Of a stretch of 64,000 bases of DNA, positions 17,595 to 26,714 are shown in pieces; positions within the stretch are counted from its first letter, which is position 1; the number at the start of each line of letters is the position of its first letter. The notes under the pieces were generated by a model, which was given only the letters and a program-made list of their open reading frames with translations, ran no database searches and was not told the DNA's origin. Made by a program: the position numbers and the translations under genes. The DNA comes from an uncultured Fibrobacteraceae bacterium (GTDB taxonomy: Bacteria > Krumholzibacteriota > Krumholzibacteriia > LZORAL124-64-63), in the NCBI GenBank assembly GCA_964436825.1, contig CAYTEO010000001.1, positions 9,035 through 73,034 of the forward strand. The letters are read 5' to 3'.

Positions 17595-19022
17595 TCACCG
17601 CACGCGCTTGAACAGGTGATACAGCCCTCCCGACCTGACGGGAGGGCTGACCTGTCTGGGCGCGAGGGTGACGATGACCTTGCGCAGGTCCGCCACCATG
17701 TCACGCGGATCGACCCAGCCGATGTCCCCTCCCCTGGCGGCCGTCGGTCCCACGCTGTAGCGCGTGGCCAGCAGGGCGAAGTCCCGGCCCCGCGAGAGTT
17801 CATCCAGGACGGTCGCCAGCGTCGTCGAGTCGGGTGTGACGATGTGCTGCAGCTCGACCTTGCCCTCGGCCAGGGCGCGCCGCTCCTCCTCGAGGCGGGC
17901 GGTGACCTGCTGCCGCCAGTTCTCCACCTCGTCGCGATCCACGTCGGGCCTCAGCTGCAAGGTATCCAGCAGGCTGACCAGACGGTGATCGTCGCCCATC
18001 TTCTCCAGGACCCGTCCCTTCAACACCCAGGCGCCGGTCAGGTTGCTGTCGAGCGCCGTGGCCCGGTCCAGCTGGACCAGCGCCTCGCGGAGACGTCCCT
18101 GTCCGTCCAGGTGGGCAGCATAGTTGAGCCTGCCCAGCGGATCCGCGGGTTCCAGGGCGAGGTATTCGGCGAACTCCCGCTCGGCCTCGTCGAACGCGCC
18201 CCGCAGTTCCAGGACGTTGGCCAGGTTGAAGCGGACGCGGCCGAGCGAGGGGTCCTTCTGCCGGGCCCGTCGCAGGACCGTGACGGCCTCGTCCAGGCGG
18301 TTGGCGGCGAACAGGGCCTCGCCCAGGGTCGACAGTGAGGCGGCGCTCGAGTCGGCGGCCACGGCCAGGCGACCGGCCTCGACGGCATAGGCGGTGTCCC
18401 CGGCGATGATCGCCAGCTCGCCGGCGGTCCGGTAGTCCTCGGCCGCCGGTTCGCTGCCCGCCAGGGCGTCGCGCCAGTGGTCGAGGGCCTCCCGCCACAG
18501 CCCCCGGCGACGGGCCAGCAGCGACAGGGTCCGGTGGACCCAGGGTCGGCCGCCGGTGACACGGGCGAGCTGGGTCAACAGGCCGTAGGCCGCCTGGTCG
18601 TCCGCGGTCTCCAGCTTGCTGTGCGCCAGGGCCTCCAGGGTGGGGGCATGGGAGGCATCCAGGCCCAGGGCCGTGTTCCATTCGCGCTCGGCCGCCTGCC
18701 GGTCACCGGAGGCCAGCAGTGCCCTCCCGTACCAGTAGTGTGCCGCCACGGAATCGGGTGCAGCGGCGACCGCCTCGTCCCCCCAGCGGACCGCCGCGCC
18801 GGCGCGTTCCTGCCGCAGGGCCATGGCGCAGAGTGCCAGCAGCGGTTGCAGGGTGCGCTCCTGGGCGACGCAGCGGACCAGCAGCGATTCGGCGGCGGCG
18901 AACTGCTGCCGGCGGAACAGCTCCATCCCCCGGTCGCACGGCGAGGACTGCTGTGCCCGCAGCGGGGCGGCGGCGAGCAGGAGCAGCACCAGCAATGGAA
19001 CGGGGCGGCGAGGACCTATCAT
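17595..19022 (-). CDS. Secreted TPR-repeat protein with a C-terminal PpiC/parvulin-type peptidyl-prolyl isomerase domain (SurA/PrsA-like).
   Basis: Start MIGPRRPVPLLVLLLLAAAPLRAQQ (signal). TPR units in the middle. C-terminal parvulin motifs ...GGDIGWVDPRDM...GGLYHLFKRV. Confidence 0.7.
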   Translation of the reverse strand: MIGPRRPVPLLVLLLLAAAPLRAQQSSPCDRGMELFRRQQFAAAESLLVRCVAQERTLQPLLALCAMALRQERAGAAVRWGDEAVAAAPDSVAAHYWYGRALLASGDRQAAEREWNTALGLDASHAPTLEALAHSKLETADDQAAYGLLTQLARVTGGRPWVHRTLSLLARRRGLWREALDHWRDALAGSEPAAEDYRTAGELAIIAGDTAYAVEAGRLAVAADSSAASLSTLGEALFAANRLDEAVTVLRRARQKDPSLGRVRFNLANVLELRGAFDEAEREFAEYLALEPADPLGRLNYAAHLDGQGRLREALVQLDRATALDSNLTGAWVLKGRVLEKMGDDHRLVSLLDTLQLRPDVDRDEVENWRQQVTARLEEERRALAEGKVELQHIVTPDSTTLATVLDELSRGRDFALLATRYSVGPTAARGGDIGWVDPRDMVADLRKVIVTLAPRQVSPPVRSGGLYHLFKRVR

Positions 19023-19051
19023 GGTGACAGCTCCCGTCGGGACGTGACGTC

Positions 19052-20704
19052 TCAACCGATCCAGCGACGGACCGGATCGAGCCAGAAAGCAGGGTCCAGC
19101 CAGGTCCAACGCAGATCCTCGGGGTGGAGTTCCCGGTGACGGTGCAGCAGGGCCGCGGCGCGGGCGGTCCTCTCCTGCTGGTGGAGCAGGAACAGCTGGT
19201 GGACGACCAACGCGGGCGGACTCGCCCCGGGCAGCGGCTCGGTCCCGGGATCGTCCAGCCGGAGCTGGACCTCGCCGAGCAGGAGGGCCAGGGCGGCCGT
19301 GGGCGGCCCCTCGTCGAGCAGGGAGCGCAGGATCTGGAGCGAGATCAGCGGCATCTCCTGCAGGTGGGCCCGGGCCTCCAGGAACCGCCAGGCAGGACGG
19401 GCGGCCAGATCGTCGGGGATCCCCTCCGGCAGGGATTCCCCGCGGGCGAAGGCCAGGTGCGCCGACAGGAGGGCATGTTCGAGGTAGGCGGCAGGCACGC
19501 CGTCCTCCTGCAGGGGCCACTGGAGCAGCAGCTGTTCCACCTGGTCGACGCGGCCGCGCTCCAGCAGCAGACAGGCCGCCTGCCACCGGTAGTCGGCCTC
19601 GTCGCGCCAGCGGGCCGCCAGCTCCAGCAGGCGGTCGGCGGCCTCGCCCATGCGGCCCTGGAGGTGGGCGACCGCCGCCCTGAGCTGCTCCGCGCGCGGG
19701 AACGACCCGGAGAGATCGCCCCAGGACTCCAGCCTGCCGAGGACACGGTCCAGGTTGCCGGTCAACAGGTCGAGCACACCGCCCAGATAGGCACAGAACA
19801 GCTCCTCGGCCGGATGGCCGACGACCGGATCGGTCAGCTGGGGCTGGCCGGCGATGACCTCGGCCGCCTCCCGGAAGCGCTGCTGGTCGGCCAGGACCAG
19901 CGCCTTGAGATGGGCGGCCGTCCGGTAGCGGGGCCGGAGCTGGAGAGCGCGATCCACCTGGTGGAGGGCCTCCCGGTTCCGGTGTGTCTGGAAGAGGGCG
20001 GCAGCCAGCTTGACCCGGTAATCGGGATACGTGGGGTGCCGGCGGCAGAGGTCGGCCAGGGCGGTGATCCCCTCTTCCCAGCGCCCCTGCTCGCAGAGCC
20101 GGATGGCCGCCGCCAGTTCTGCTTCGTTGCCGGAGGCGGCGATGGCCTCGGCGAGGCGCTCCTCGAGATCGTCCGGCAGGTTCTCCGGGGTGAACGGTGC
20201 CGCCTGCTGGTAATAGCGGACGAGGGCGTGATCGACCCTCTGTCCCGAGTCGACCAGGGCGTTGAGGCTGGCGCTGGCCGCCTCGGGTCGATCGAGGTGG
20301 ACGAAGGCGACGGCCTCCAGCAGGCGCGCCAGGATGTAGTCGGCGTTGAAGCGCAGCGCGTTCTGGGCCGCGGCGAGGGCCTCGGCCCACTGGTTCGCCA
20401 CCCCCAGCGCGTGACCGTACCAGAACTGGATGTCCGGCAGGGTGGGCCAGCGACCGGCCGCCTCGCCCAGCAGGTTCGTGGCCGTGGCGATGTCGCCCAG
20501 GGACAGTCGCCGCCGGCCCTCCTGGACGAGGGCCTGCCTCAGGTAGAAGGCGGCCAGCGAGGGCCCGTGACCCTCCTCGCCCCGCTGTTCCACCTCGCGC
20601 AGGATGGTGATGGCACGGGCGAAATCGCCCTTCTCGAAGGCCGCGACGGCCTGGCTGAAGGACCGCCCACCTCCCCTGCCGAAGATGCGCCCCAGCAGTG
20701 ACAT
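19052..20704 (-). CDS. Cytoplasmic TPR-repeat protein, translationally coupled to ftsZ.
   Basis: 550 aa and helical/TPR-rich with no signal peptide. The start ATG overlaps the ftsZ TGA by 1 nt (TGATG). Confidence 0.65.
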   Translation of the reverse strand: MSLLGRIFGRGGGRSFSQAVAAFEKGDFARAITILREVEQRGEEGHGPSLAAFYLRQALVQEGRRRLSLGDIATATNLLGEAAGRWPTLPDIQFWYGHALGVANQWAEALAAAQNALRFNADYILARLLEAVAFVHLDRPEAASASLNALVDSGQRVDHALVRYYQQAAPFTPENLPDDLEERLAEAIAASGNEAELAAAIRLCEQGRWEEGITALADLCRRHPTYPDYRVKLAAALFQTHRNREALHQVDRALQLRPRYRTAAHLKALVLADQQRFREAAEVIAGQPQLTDPVVGHPAEELFCAYLGGVLDLLTGNLDRVLGRLESWGDLSGSFPRAEQLRAAVAHLQGRMGEAADRLLELAARWRDEADYRWQAACLLLERGRVDQVEQLLLQWPLQEDGVPAAYLEHALLSAHLAFARGESLPEGIPDDLAARPAWRFLEARAHLQEMPLISLQILRSLLDEGPPTAALALLLGEVQLRLDDPGTEPLPGASPPALVVHQLFLLHQQERTARAAALLHRHRELHPEDLRWTWLDPAFWLDPVRRWIG

Positions 20705-22056
20705 CAGTCCCGGTACTTGCGGGTGTAGGCCGGCCGGGTCAGGTCCGGATCCTCGGGTCGCGACCAGAGGGACCGACCGTGGTTGACCGGTCTGCCCGGG
20801 GAGCGGTTGGCCGGCGGGACGAGCGGGGAAGGGGCCGCCGGACCGGGAACGGGATCGTCGGCCTCGGGCCAGTCGTTGACGACTGCCCGCCGTGGCTCGG
20901 GGCGGAGGTGGGTGTCAGGGTCGGGCACGACGCTGACCAGGGGTTCGACCAGCGCGGCGGGAGTCTCGTCCACGCGGGCCGGTGCCTCCGTGACGACAGG
21001 TTCCTCGACCGGGACGGTCCCGGAGGGAACGGCACGTCCCAGCACATCGGCACCGCCTGCCGCCGCGGCCAGGGCCTGCCGCGGCTGGCGGGACCGGTCG
21101 GTCTCGGGGAAGCCGGTGGCGATGACGCTGACCTGCAGGGTGTCCCCCAGCTCGGGATCGGTGCCGTAGCCGAAGATGATGTGCGCCTGGTCCCCGGCCG
21201 CCTCCTGGACGAGGGTCATCACCGTGTTGGCCTCCTGCAGGGCCACGTCGCCGCTGGACAGGTTGACCAGCACCCCCCTGGCCCCGCGGATCTCGACGTC
21301 CTCCAGCAGGGGCGAGTGGAGCGCCTGCCGCGCCGCCTCCTCGGCCCGGTTCTCGCCGGTCGCCTTGCCGGTGCCCATCAGGGCGACGCCCATGCCCGCC
21401 ATGATGGAGCGGACGTCGGCGAAGTCCAGGTTCACCTGGTGGGGCTTCATGATGATGTCGTGGATGCTGCGGGTCGCCTCGTAGAGGACGTTGTCGGCGA
21501 TGCGGAACGCCTCGCTCATGGAGGTCGAGGGCGGCACCACGTCCAGCAGCCGCTGGTTGGGGATGACGATCAGGGTGTCCACCGCCTCGCGCAGCTCGTC
21601 GAGTCCCGCCTCCGCCTGGCGCATCCGCACGCGTCCCTCCCAGTGGAACGGCTTGGTGACGATGCCGACGGTCAGCGCCCCGCTCTCGCGCGCGGTCCGG
21701 GCCACGACGGGTGCCGCGCCGGTCCCGGTCCCCCCGCCCATGCCGGCGGTGACGAAGACCATGTCGCTGCCGACGAGGATCTCCCGCAGGGCATCGAGAT
21801 CCTCCTCGACGGCCTGGCGCCCCACCTCGGGGTTGCCTCCGGAGCCGAGCCCACGCGTGGCCTCGCTGCCGATCTGGAGCGTCTGGTCGGCCAGGGAGCC
21901 GTGGAGGGCCTGCAGGTCGGTGTTGACGGCGATGAACTCCACACCGACCAGACCGGCCTCGATCATGCGATTGACGGCATTGCCCCCGGCGCCACCGACA
22001 CCGACGACGCGGATCCGGGCCAGGGACTGGTCTGGTTCGACGAGCTGGAACATCAT
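20704..22056 (-). CDS. ftsZ: Cell division GTPase FtsZ.
   Basis: GGGTGTG tubulin signature (GMGGGTGTGAAPVVA), NTDLQAL, and a C-terminal conserved peptide. AAGGAGGAGAGG RBS. Confidence 0.95.
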   Translation of the reverse strand: MMFQLVEPDQSLARIRVVGVGGAGGNAVNRMIEAGLVGVEFIAVNTDLQALHGSLADQTLQIGSEATRGLGSGGNPEVGRQAVEEDLDALREILVGSDMVFVTAGMGGGTGTGAAPVVARTARESGALTVGIVTKPFHWEGRVRMRQAEAGLDELREAVDTLIVIPNQRLLDVVPPSTSMSEAFRIADNVLYEATRSIHDIIMKPHQVNLDFADVRSIMAGMGVALMGTGKATGENRAEEAARQALHSPLLEDVEIRGARGVLVNLSSGDVALQEANTVMTLVQEAAGDQAHIIFGYGTDPELGDTLQVSVIATGFPETDRSRQPRQALAAAAGGADVLGRAVPSGTVPVEEPVVTEAPARVDETPAALVEPLVSVVPDPDTHLRPEPRRAVVNDWPEADDPVPGPAAPSPLVPPANRSPGRPVNHGRSLWSRPEDPDLTRPAYTRKYRD

Positions 22057-22187
22057 GACGCCCCTCTCCTCCTTGATCGGGAACGGTCATTCGATGCAGC
22101 AGGATCTCCTGTCATGGTTATTAGCATACCATCAGCCGCCGGCCAACCGCTTTTTTCCGTGCGGGAGGAAAAAAAGGCGCCTCGCGG

Positions 22188-23408
22188 TCAGCCCCGGAAG
22201 AACCGCCGCAACTTGCCGAGCATCCCCTTCCCGTCCGCCGCGTCCGGCTCGGACGGCTGGTCCGCCGTCCCGCCGCCCAGGACGGTCAGGGCCGCCCCGA
22301 CGGCCGTCGCCCAGCCGGGCCCGGGCAGCGCCTCGGGATTGACGACCCGCAGCGGATCGAGACGGCGCCGGCAACGGACCCCGAGCACCTCCTCGCAGAG
22401 CTGTTCCGTTCCGGCACAGAGGCTGCCGCGACCGGTGACGACGACCCCCTCCCCCAGGCCCCCGGCCTCCAGGGCATCCCCCATCCCCTCGCGGACAAGC
22501 CCCAGGATCTCCTCCAGCCGCGGCTCCAGGATGGCGGCCACCAGACCCGGCGTCTCCTCGGGGTCCTCCTCCTCGAACAGGATCTCGGGATCGACGTCCT
22601 CCCCGGCGAGGGAGCGCAGGACGACTCCTCGGGTGCGCTTGATCCGCTCGGCCTCGTCCAGGCCGATCCGCAGCCCGTGCGCCAGGTCGTGGGTCAGGTG
22701 GTCCCCACCCCAGGGAACGCTGCCGCATCCCTGGAGCCGACCGTGGCGCACGACGATCCACGCTGTCCGCTCGCCGCCCACGTCGATCAGCGCCACGCCG
22801 GCCTCCCGCTCCGCGGGGGTGAGCAGGGCGTCGGCAGTGGCCAGGATGTCGATGGCCCAGCCGGCCGGCTGGAACCCCGCCTTGTCGATGGTGTGCTCGA
22901 GGTTGTGCTGGACACTGCGCGAGCCGGTCACCAGCAGGGCGTCGACCTCGAGCCGGTGCCCCGGACGGCCCACCGGCTCCAGGACGCCGCCGATCCCGTC
23001 GACCGTGTAGTGGACGGGATGGACGCCGAGGATGGCATGGTCGAAGGGAATGGCCAGGGAGCGTGCCTTCTCCAGGACGGCCTCCACGTCGTCCGGCGCG
23101 ATCTCCTCGCGGTGGGGAGGCACCTGGTGCTGGCTGCGGACCGCGATCGTCCGCAGGTGTCCGCCCCCCAGGGTGTAGCAGAAGCCGGAGATGTCGACCT
23201 CGGCCGCCTGCTCCGCCAGGCGGACCGCCTTGGCCAGGGCCCGGCTCCCGGCCGGGACGTCGACGAAGTCCCCGTCCCGGTACCCCGCGGCGGGTGCCTC
23301 GCCGGCCCCCACGACACGGAGCTCCCCACCGGGCAACGAGCGGGACACCAGCACGCGGAACATGCTGCTACCCAGGTCCACCGAGACGATCAGCATCTCC
23401 TGTTCCAT
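22188..23408 (-). CDS. ftsA: Cell division protein FtsA (actin-like ATPase).
   Basis: 406 aa. VDLGSSMFRV N-terminal phosphate-1 motif and VALIDVGGERT phosphate-2 motif. Located immediately upstream of ftsZ. Confidence 0.9.
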   Translation of the reverse strand: MEQEMLIVSVDLGSSMFRVLVSRSLPGGELRVVGAGEAPAAGYRDGDFVDVPAGSRALAKAVRLAEQAAEVDISGFCYTLGGGHLRTIAVRSQHQVPPHREEIAPDDVEAVLEKARSLAIPFDHAILGVHPVHYTVDGIGGVLEPVGRPGHRLEVDALLVTGSRSVQHNLEHTIDKAGFQPAGWAIDILATADALLTPAEREAGVALIDVGGERTAWIVVRHGRLQGCGSVPWGGDHLTHDLAHGLRIGLDEAERIKRTRGVVLRSLAGEDVDPEILFEEEDPEETPGLVAAILEPRLEEILGLVREGMGDALEAGGLGEGVVVTGRGSLCAGTEQLCEEVLGVRCRRRLDPLRVVNPEALPGPGWATAVGAALTVLGGGTADQPSEPDAADGKGMLGKLRRFFRG

Positions 23409-23429
23409 CGTCAGCTCTCCGTTCGCGAC

Positions 23430-24164
23430 TCAGTCCAGGGGACGCCTGGTGATCTGCCGCGAGAAGCGCAGATCGACCCGTCCCCCCGGATCCAGCTGTC
23501 CGGCGACTGCGAGATAGCGCTGCAGCCGCTGCCTGAACCCACTCCCGCCGAGGACCAGTTCCCGCCGCGCCTGCCCGCCGAGGATCAGCGCGTAGCCGTC
23601 CGGTCCGCAGCGGACGAAGTCCACCGGGGCGACGGTCTCCAGACCGGTCTCCGCCACCGCCGTGCACAGCTCCACCAGCTCCCGCCGCCGCTCCGGGGAC
23701 GGTTCCTCCCCCCGGGGCGACAACAGCAACGGCAGGTCGGGGACCGGCACCGCCGCCGGCAGTTCGGCCACGCCGCCGTCGTCGAGCAGCACCCGGGGAC
23801 GCTCCCCGTCGTCCGGTTCCCCCAGCAGGAGCAGGGGACGGTGCTCGATCAGCAGCACGGACAGGGTCCGGGGCGGCCGCCGCCGGACCTCGGCCCGCTC
23901 GACCCAGGGCAACCGCTGCAGCTCGCGGGCCAGCTCCCCCGTCCGCAGCGACCAGAGGTTCCGCCCCAGCCACTCTCGCAGCACGGCCTCCAGCGTGTCC
24001 CGGTCCGTGTAGCGATAGCGACCCGTCGTCACCGTCGCCACGGCGAAGCGGGACGAGGTCGTCAGCCAGCGGACCGCGCCCGCGGCCGACATCAGCACCA
24101 GGCCGGCCACCCCGATCAGCAACCAGCGGCGCGGGGAACGGCGGCGGCGGCGACGGCGGGCCAT
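23430..24164 (-). CDS. ftsQ: Cell division protein FtsQ (POTRA domain).
   Basis: Arg-rich N-terminus, a single TM (WLLIGVAGLVLMSAAGAV), then a POTRA/FtsQ periplasmic domain. Start at MARRRRRR (within ±3 nt). Upstream ORF sequence is a frame artifact. Confidence 0.75.
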   Translation of the reverse strand: MARRRRRRRSPRRWLLIGVAGLVLMSAAGAVRWLTTSSRFAVATVTTGRYRYTDRDTLEAVLREWLGRNLWSLRTGELARELQRLPWVERAEVRRRPPRTLSVLLIEHRPLLLLGEPDDGERPRVLLDDGGVAELPAAVPVPDLPLLLSPRGEEPSPERRRELVELCTAVAETGLETVAPVDFVRCGPDGYALILGGQARRELVLGGSGFRQRLQRYLAVAGQLDPGGRVDLRFSRQITRRPLD

Positions 24165-24187
24165 GTCGAGGGACCGGCCCCGGCCTC

Positions 24188-25558
24188 TCACCACGGCGCT
24201 CCCTCCAGACGGGCCGCGATCCGGCCCACCAGCCGGCCGATGTCCCCCGCCCCGAGGGTCAGCAGCAGGTCCCCGGGGGCCACGCCGTCCGCCAGCCAGT
24301 CCGGCACCGCGTCCGGCCCCTGCAGCAGGTCCACCGCCACGCCGTCCTTCGCCGCCAGGGCCGCGGCGATCAGGCCGCTGTCGACCCCCTCGACCGGCTC
24401 CTCGCCGGCCGCGTAGACGGGCAGCAGGGCGACCCGGTCGGCCAGGGCGAGGGCGTCGGCGAACTCCCTGTGGAAGCGGGCGGTCCGGCTGTAGCGATGG
24501 GGCTGGAAGAGGACGACGACGCGCCGCCCCTCCTGGCGGGCCACCGACAGGGTCGCCGCGATCTCCGTCGGGTGGTGGGCATAGTCGTCCACGAGCAGGA
24601 CGCCGCCGTGCTCGCCGTGGCGCTGGTAGCGCCGCTGGACCCCGGGGAAGGAGGCCAGGGCCGGGGCGCTCGTCTGGAAGGGGATCCCCAGCTCCAGCCC
24701 GACGGCGACGGCAGCCAGGCCGTTGACCAGGTTGTGCCTTCCCGCCAGGGAGAGATGGAGCTCCCCCAGCGGCTCCCCGTGCCACGTCACCCTCGCGCCT
24801 CCCCCGGGCAGGGGATCGGCGCGCAGCTCCGCCTCGGGAGAGAGCCCGTAGGTGACGATCCGCCGCTCCAGCTGCGGCACCAGGGCCCGCAGCTCCGGGT
24901 CGTCGGCGCACAGGATGCAGGCGCCGTAGAACGGGACCCTTCCCAGGAATGTCCGGAACGCCGCGCGCAGGCTCTCCAGGTCGGGGTAGTGGTCCACGTG
25001 CTCGTGGTCGAGGTTCGTCACGACGGCCAGGGTCGGCACCAGGTGCAGGAACGACCCGTCGCTCTCGTCGGCCTCGGCCACCAGGTAGTCGCCGGCGCCG
25101 AGGATGGCGTTCGTCCCCTCGGCCAGCAGCCGCCCCCCCACCAGGACGGTCGGGTCCAGCCCGGCGGCGCCGAGCACGGCCGCCACCAGGGAGGTCGTCG
25201 TCGTCTTGCCGTGCGAGCCGGCGACGGCGATCCCCTCCTTCAGGCGCATCAGCTCGGCCAGCATCTCGGCGCGGCGGATGACCGGGATCCCCTGGCGCCG
25301 GGCGGCGGCGATCTCCGGGTTGGCCGCCGTGACGGCCGAGGAGTAGACGACGACGTCGGCACCCGTGACCTGCTGTTCCCGATGCCCCACGTGGACGGTG
25401 GCCCCGAGACGACGCAGCCGTTCCGTCGCCTCGGACTCGCGCAGGTCGCTGCCGCTGACCTTGAAGCCGAGGTTCAGCAGCAGCTCGGCGATCCCGCTCA
25501 TGCCGATCCCGCCGATGGCCACCAGGTGGATGTGTCGGGTGTTGCGGAACAAGGTCAC
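24188..25558 (-). CDS. murC: UDP-N-acetylmuramate--L-alanine ligase.
   Basis: HLVAIGGIGMSGIAE and GSHGKTTTTS Mur ligase motifs. 456 aa. Confidence 0.9.
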   Translation of the reverse strand: MTLFRNTRHIHLVAIGGIGMSGIAELLLNLGFKVSGSDLRESEATERLRRLGATVHVGHREQQVTGADVVVYSSAVTAANPEIAAARRQGIPVIRRAEMLAELMRLKEGIAVAGSHGKTTTTSLVAAVLGAAGLDPTVLVGGRLLAEGTNAILGAGDYLVAEADESDGSFLHLVPTLAVVTNLDHEHVDHYPDLESLRAAFRTFLGRVPFYGACILCADDPELRALVPQLERRIVTYGLSPEAELRADPLPGGGARVTWHGEPLGELHLSLAGRHNLVNGLAAVAVGLELGIPFQTSAPALASFPGVQRRYQRHGEHGGVLLVDDYAHHPTEIAATLSVARQEGRRVVVLFQPHRYSRTARFHREFADALALADRVALLPVYAAGEEPVEGVDSGLIAAALAAKDGVAVDLLQGPDAVPDWLADGVAPGDLLLTLGAGDIGRLVGRIAARLEGAPW

Positions 25559-26706
25559 TCCCCTCGATCGTTCCCCGCTTCCCGGGGAAGCAGGTGCAGC
25601 AGGTCAGCGGCGATGGCGTCGGCCGCGTCGCCATGGTGGAGGCCGGCGGCGGCGGCGGCCATCCCGTCCAGTCGCGACGGATCGGCGCGCAGTCCGGCGA
25701 CGATCTCGACCAAGCGCCTGCCGTCACAGGCGGCGTCGTCGATGACGACGGCGGCCCCGGCCGCGGCGACGGCCTCGGCGTTGCGGCGCTGGTGGTCGTC
25801 CACGGCGTGCGGGAACGGGACGAGCACCGCCGGCAGTCCCGCCGCCGCCAGCTCCGCCAGGGTCATCGCGCCGGCACGGCAGACGACCAGGTCGGCCCAC
25901 GCGTAGGCGGCCGGCATGTCGTAGAGATACGGGACGACCTCGACGTTCGCCGCCCCCGCCGCCCGGCAGGCGTCCGCCACCTCCGCCGCGGCGGCGGGGC
26001 CCGTCTGCGCCCTGACCACCAGTGTCCGGTCACCGGCCCAGCTCTCCGCGGCGGCGGCGACGGCGCGGTTGAGGGTCCGCGCGCCGCGGCTGCCGCCGAA
26101 GACCAGCAGGTGGAACCGGCCGTCCCCGCGGGCGGGCCTGTCGCGGCCGCGCAGGGCCAGGACCTCCGCGCGGACGGGGTTGCCGCTGACGACGGTCCGG
26201 CCGGCCGGGAAGTAGCGCGCCGCGGCGGCGAAACCGACGTGGATCCGCCGCGCCCAGCGGGCCAGCAACCGGTTCGTCGCGCCCGGGATCGCGTTCTGCT
26301 CCTGCAGGACGATCGGGACCCCGCGCGCCCGGGCGGCCAGCAGGACGGGCAGGGTGACGAACCCGCCGGTCCCCAGCACCAGGTCGGGCCGCCGTCGTCC
26401 CAGCTCGCGCCAGGCGGTCCAGGTCCCCCGCAGCAGCCGCCACAGGAAACGCAGCCTGCCCGCCGGCCCCTTGCCCCTGAATCCCGCCGCGGGGACGGGG
26501 ACGAACGGCACGCCGGCGCGTGGGACGAGCTGCGCCTCCAGGCCGTCGGGGGTCCCCATGTAGACGAGCCGCAGTCCGGGCCGGCGGTGCGCGAGGGCGG
26601 CGGCCACGGCCAGGGCCGGGTAGATGTGCCCGCCCGTCCCGCCACCGGACAGCACGATCGCCGCCTCGCTCCCGCCGCCGCGGTCCGCTGTCGCAGGCTC
26701 CGCCAT
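25555..26706 (-). CDS. murG: UDP-GlcNAc:undecaprenyl-PP-MurNAc-pentapeptide GlcNAc transferase (lipid II synthase).
   Basis: GGGTGGHIYPALAVA N-terminal motif. GT28 architecture. 4-nt overlap with murC. Confidence 0.9.
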   Translation of the reverse strand: MAEPATADRGGGSEAAIVLSGGGTGGHIYPALAVAAALAHRRPGLRLVYMGTPDGLEAQLVPRAGVPFVPVPAAGFRGKGPAGRLRFLWRLLRGTWTAWRELGRRRPDLVLGTGGFVTLPVLLAARARGVPIVLQEQNAIPGATNRLLARWARRIHVGFAAAARYFPAGRTVVSGNPVRAEVLALRGRDRPARGDGRFHLLVFGGSRGARTLNRAVAAAAESWAGDRTLVVRAQTGPAAAAEVADACRAAGAANVEVVPYLYDMPAAYAWADLVVCRAGAMTLAELAAAGLPAVLVPFPHAVDDHQRRNAEAVAAAGAAVVIDDAACDGRRLVEIVAGLRADPSRLDGMAAAAAGLHHGDAADAIAADLLHLLPREAGNDRGE

Positions 26707-26714
26707 CGGTCACC

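Noticed and set aside
15117-17611. ORFs 15117..17291(-, 724 aa) and 15176..17611(+, 811 aa) overlapping recG.
   Set aside because: Alternative-frame/antisense artifacts. Only the 15221..17305 frame yields helicase motifs (GCGKT, DEQH, HQLRGRVGRG).
22057-22187. Candidate ftsZ-proximal promoter and poly-A/T hairpin (GCGCCTTTTTTTCC...GGAAAAAAGCGG) in the ftsA-ftsZ spacer.
   Set aside because: -35/-10 spacing is poor (12 nt), and the hairpin arms are imperfect. Only the ftsZ RBS (AAGGAGGAGAGG) is solid.
20698-24416. 770-aa and 579-aa plus-strand ORFs antisense to ftsZ, ftsA and ftsQ.
   Set aside because: Antisense to universally conserved division genes. Low-complexity composition.
23430-25727. 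Reading the 765-aa ORF as a single protein (ftsQ fused to upstream sequence).
   Set aside because: The N-terminal 520 aa are an off-frame read through murC (which is in another frame). Real FtsQ starts at the internal MARRRRRR, with a TM and POTRA domain.
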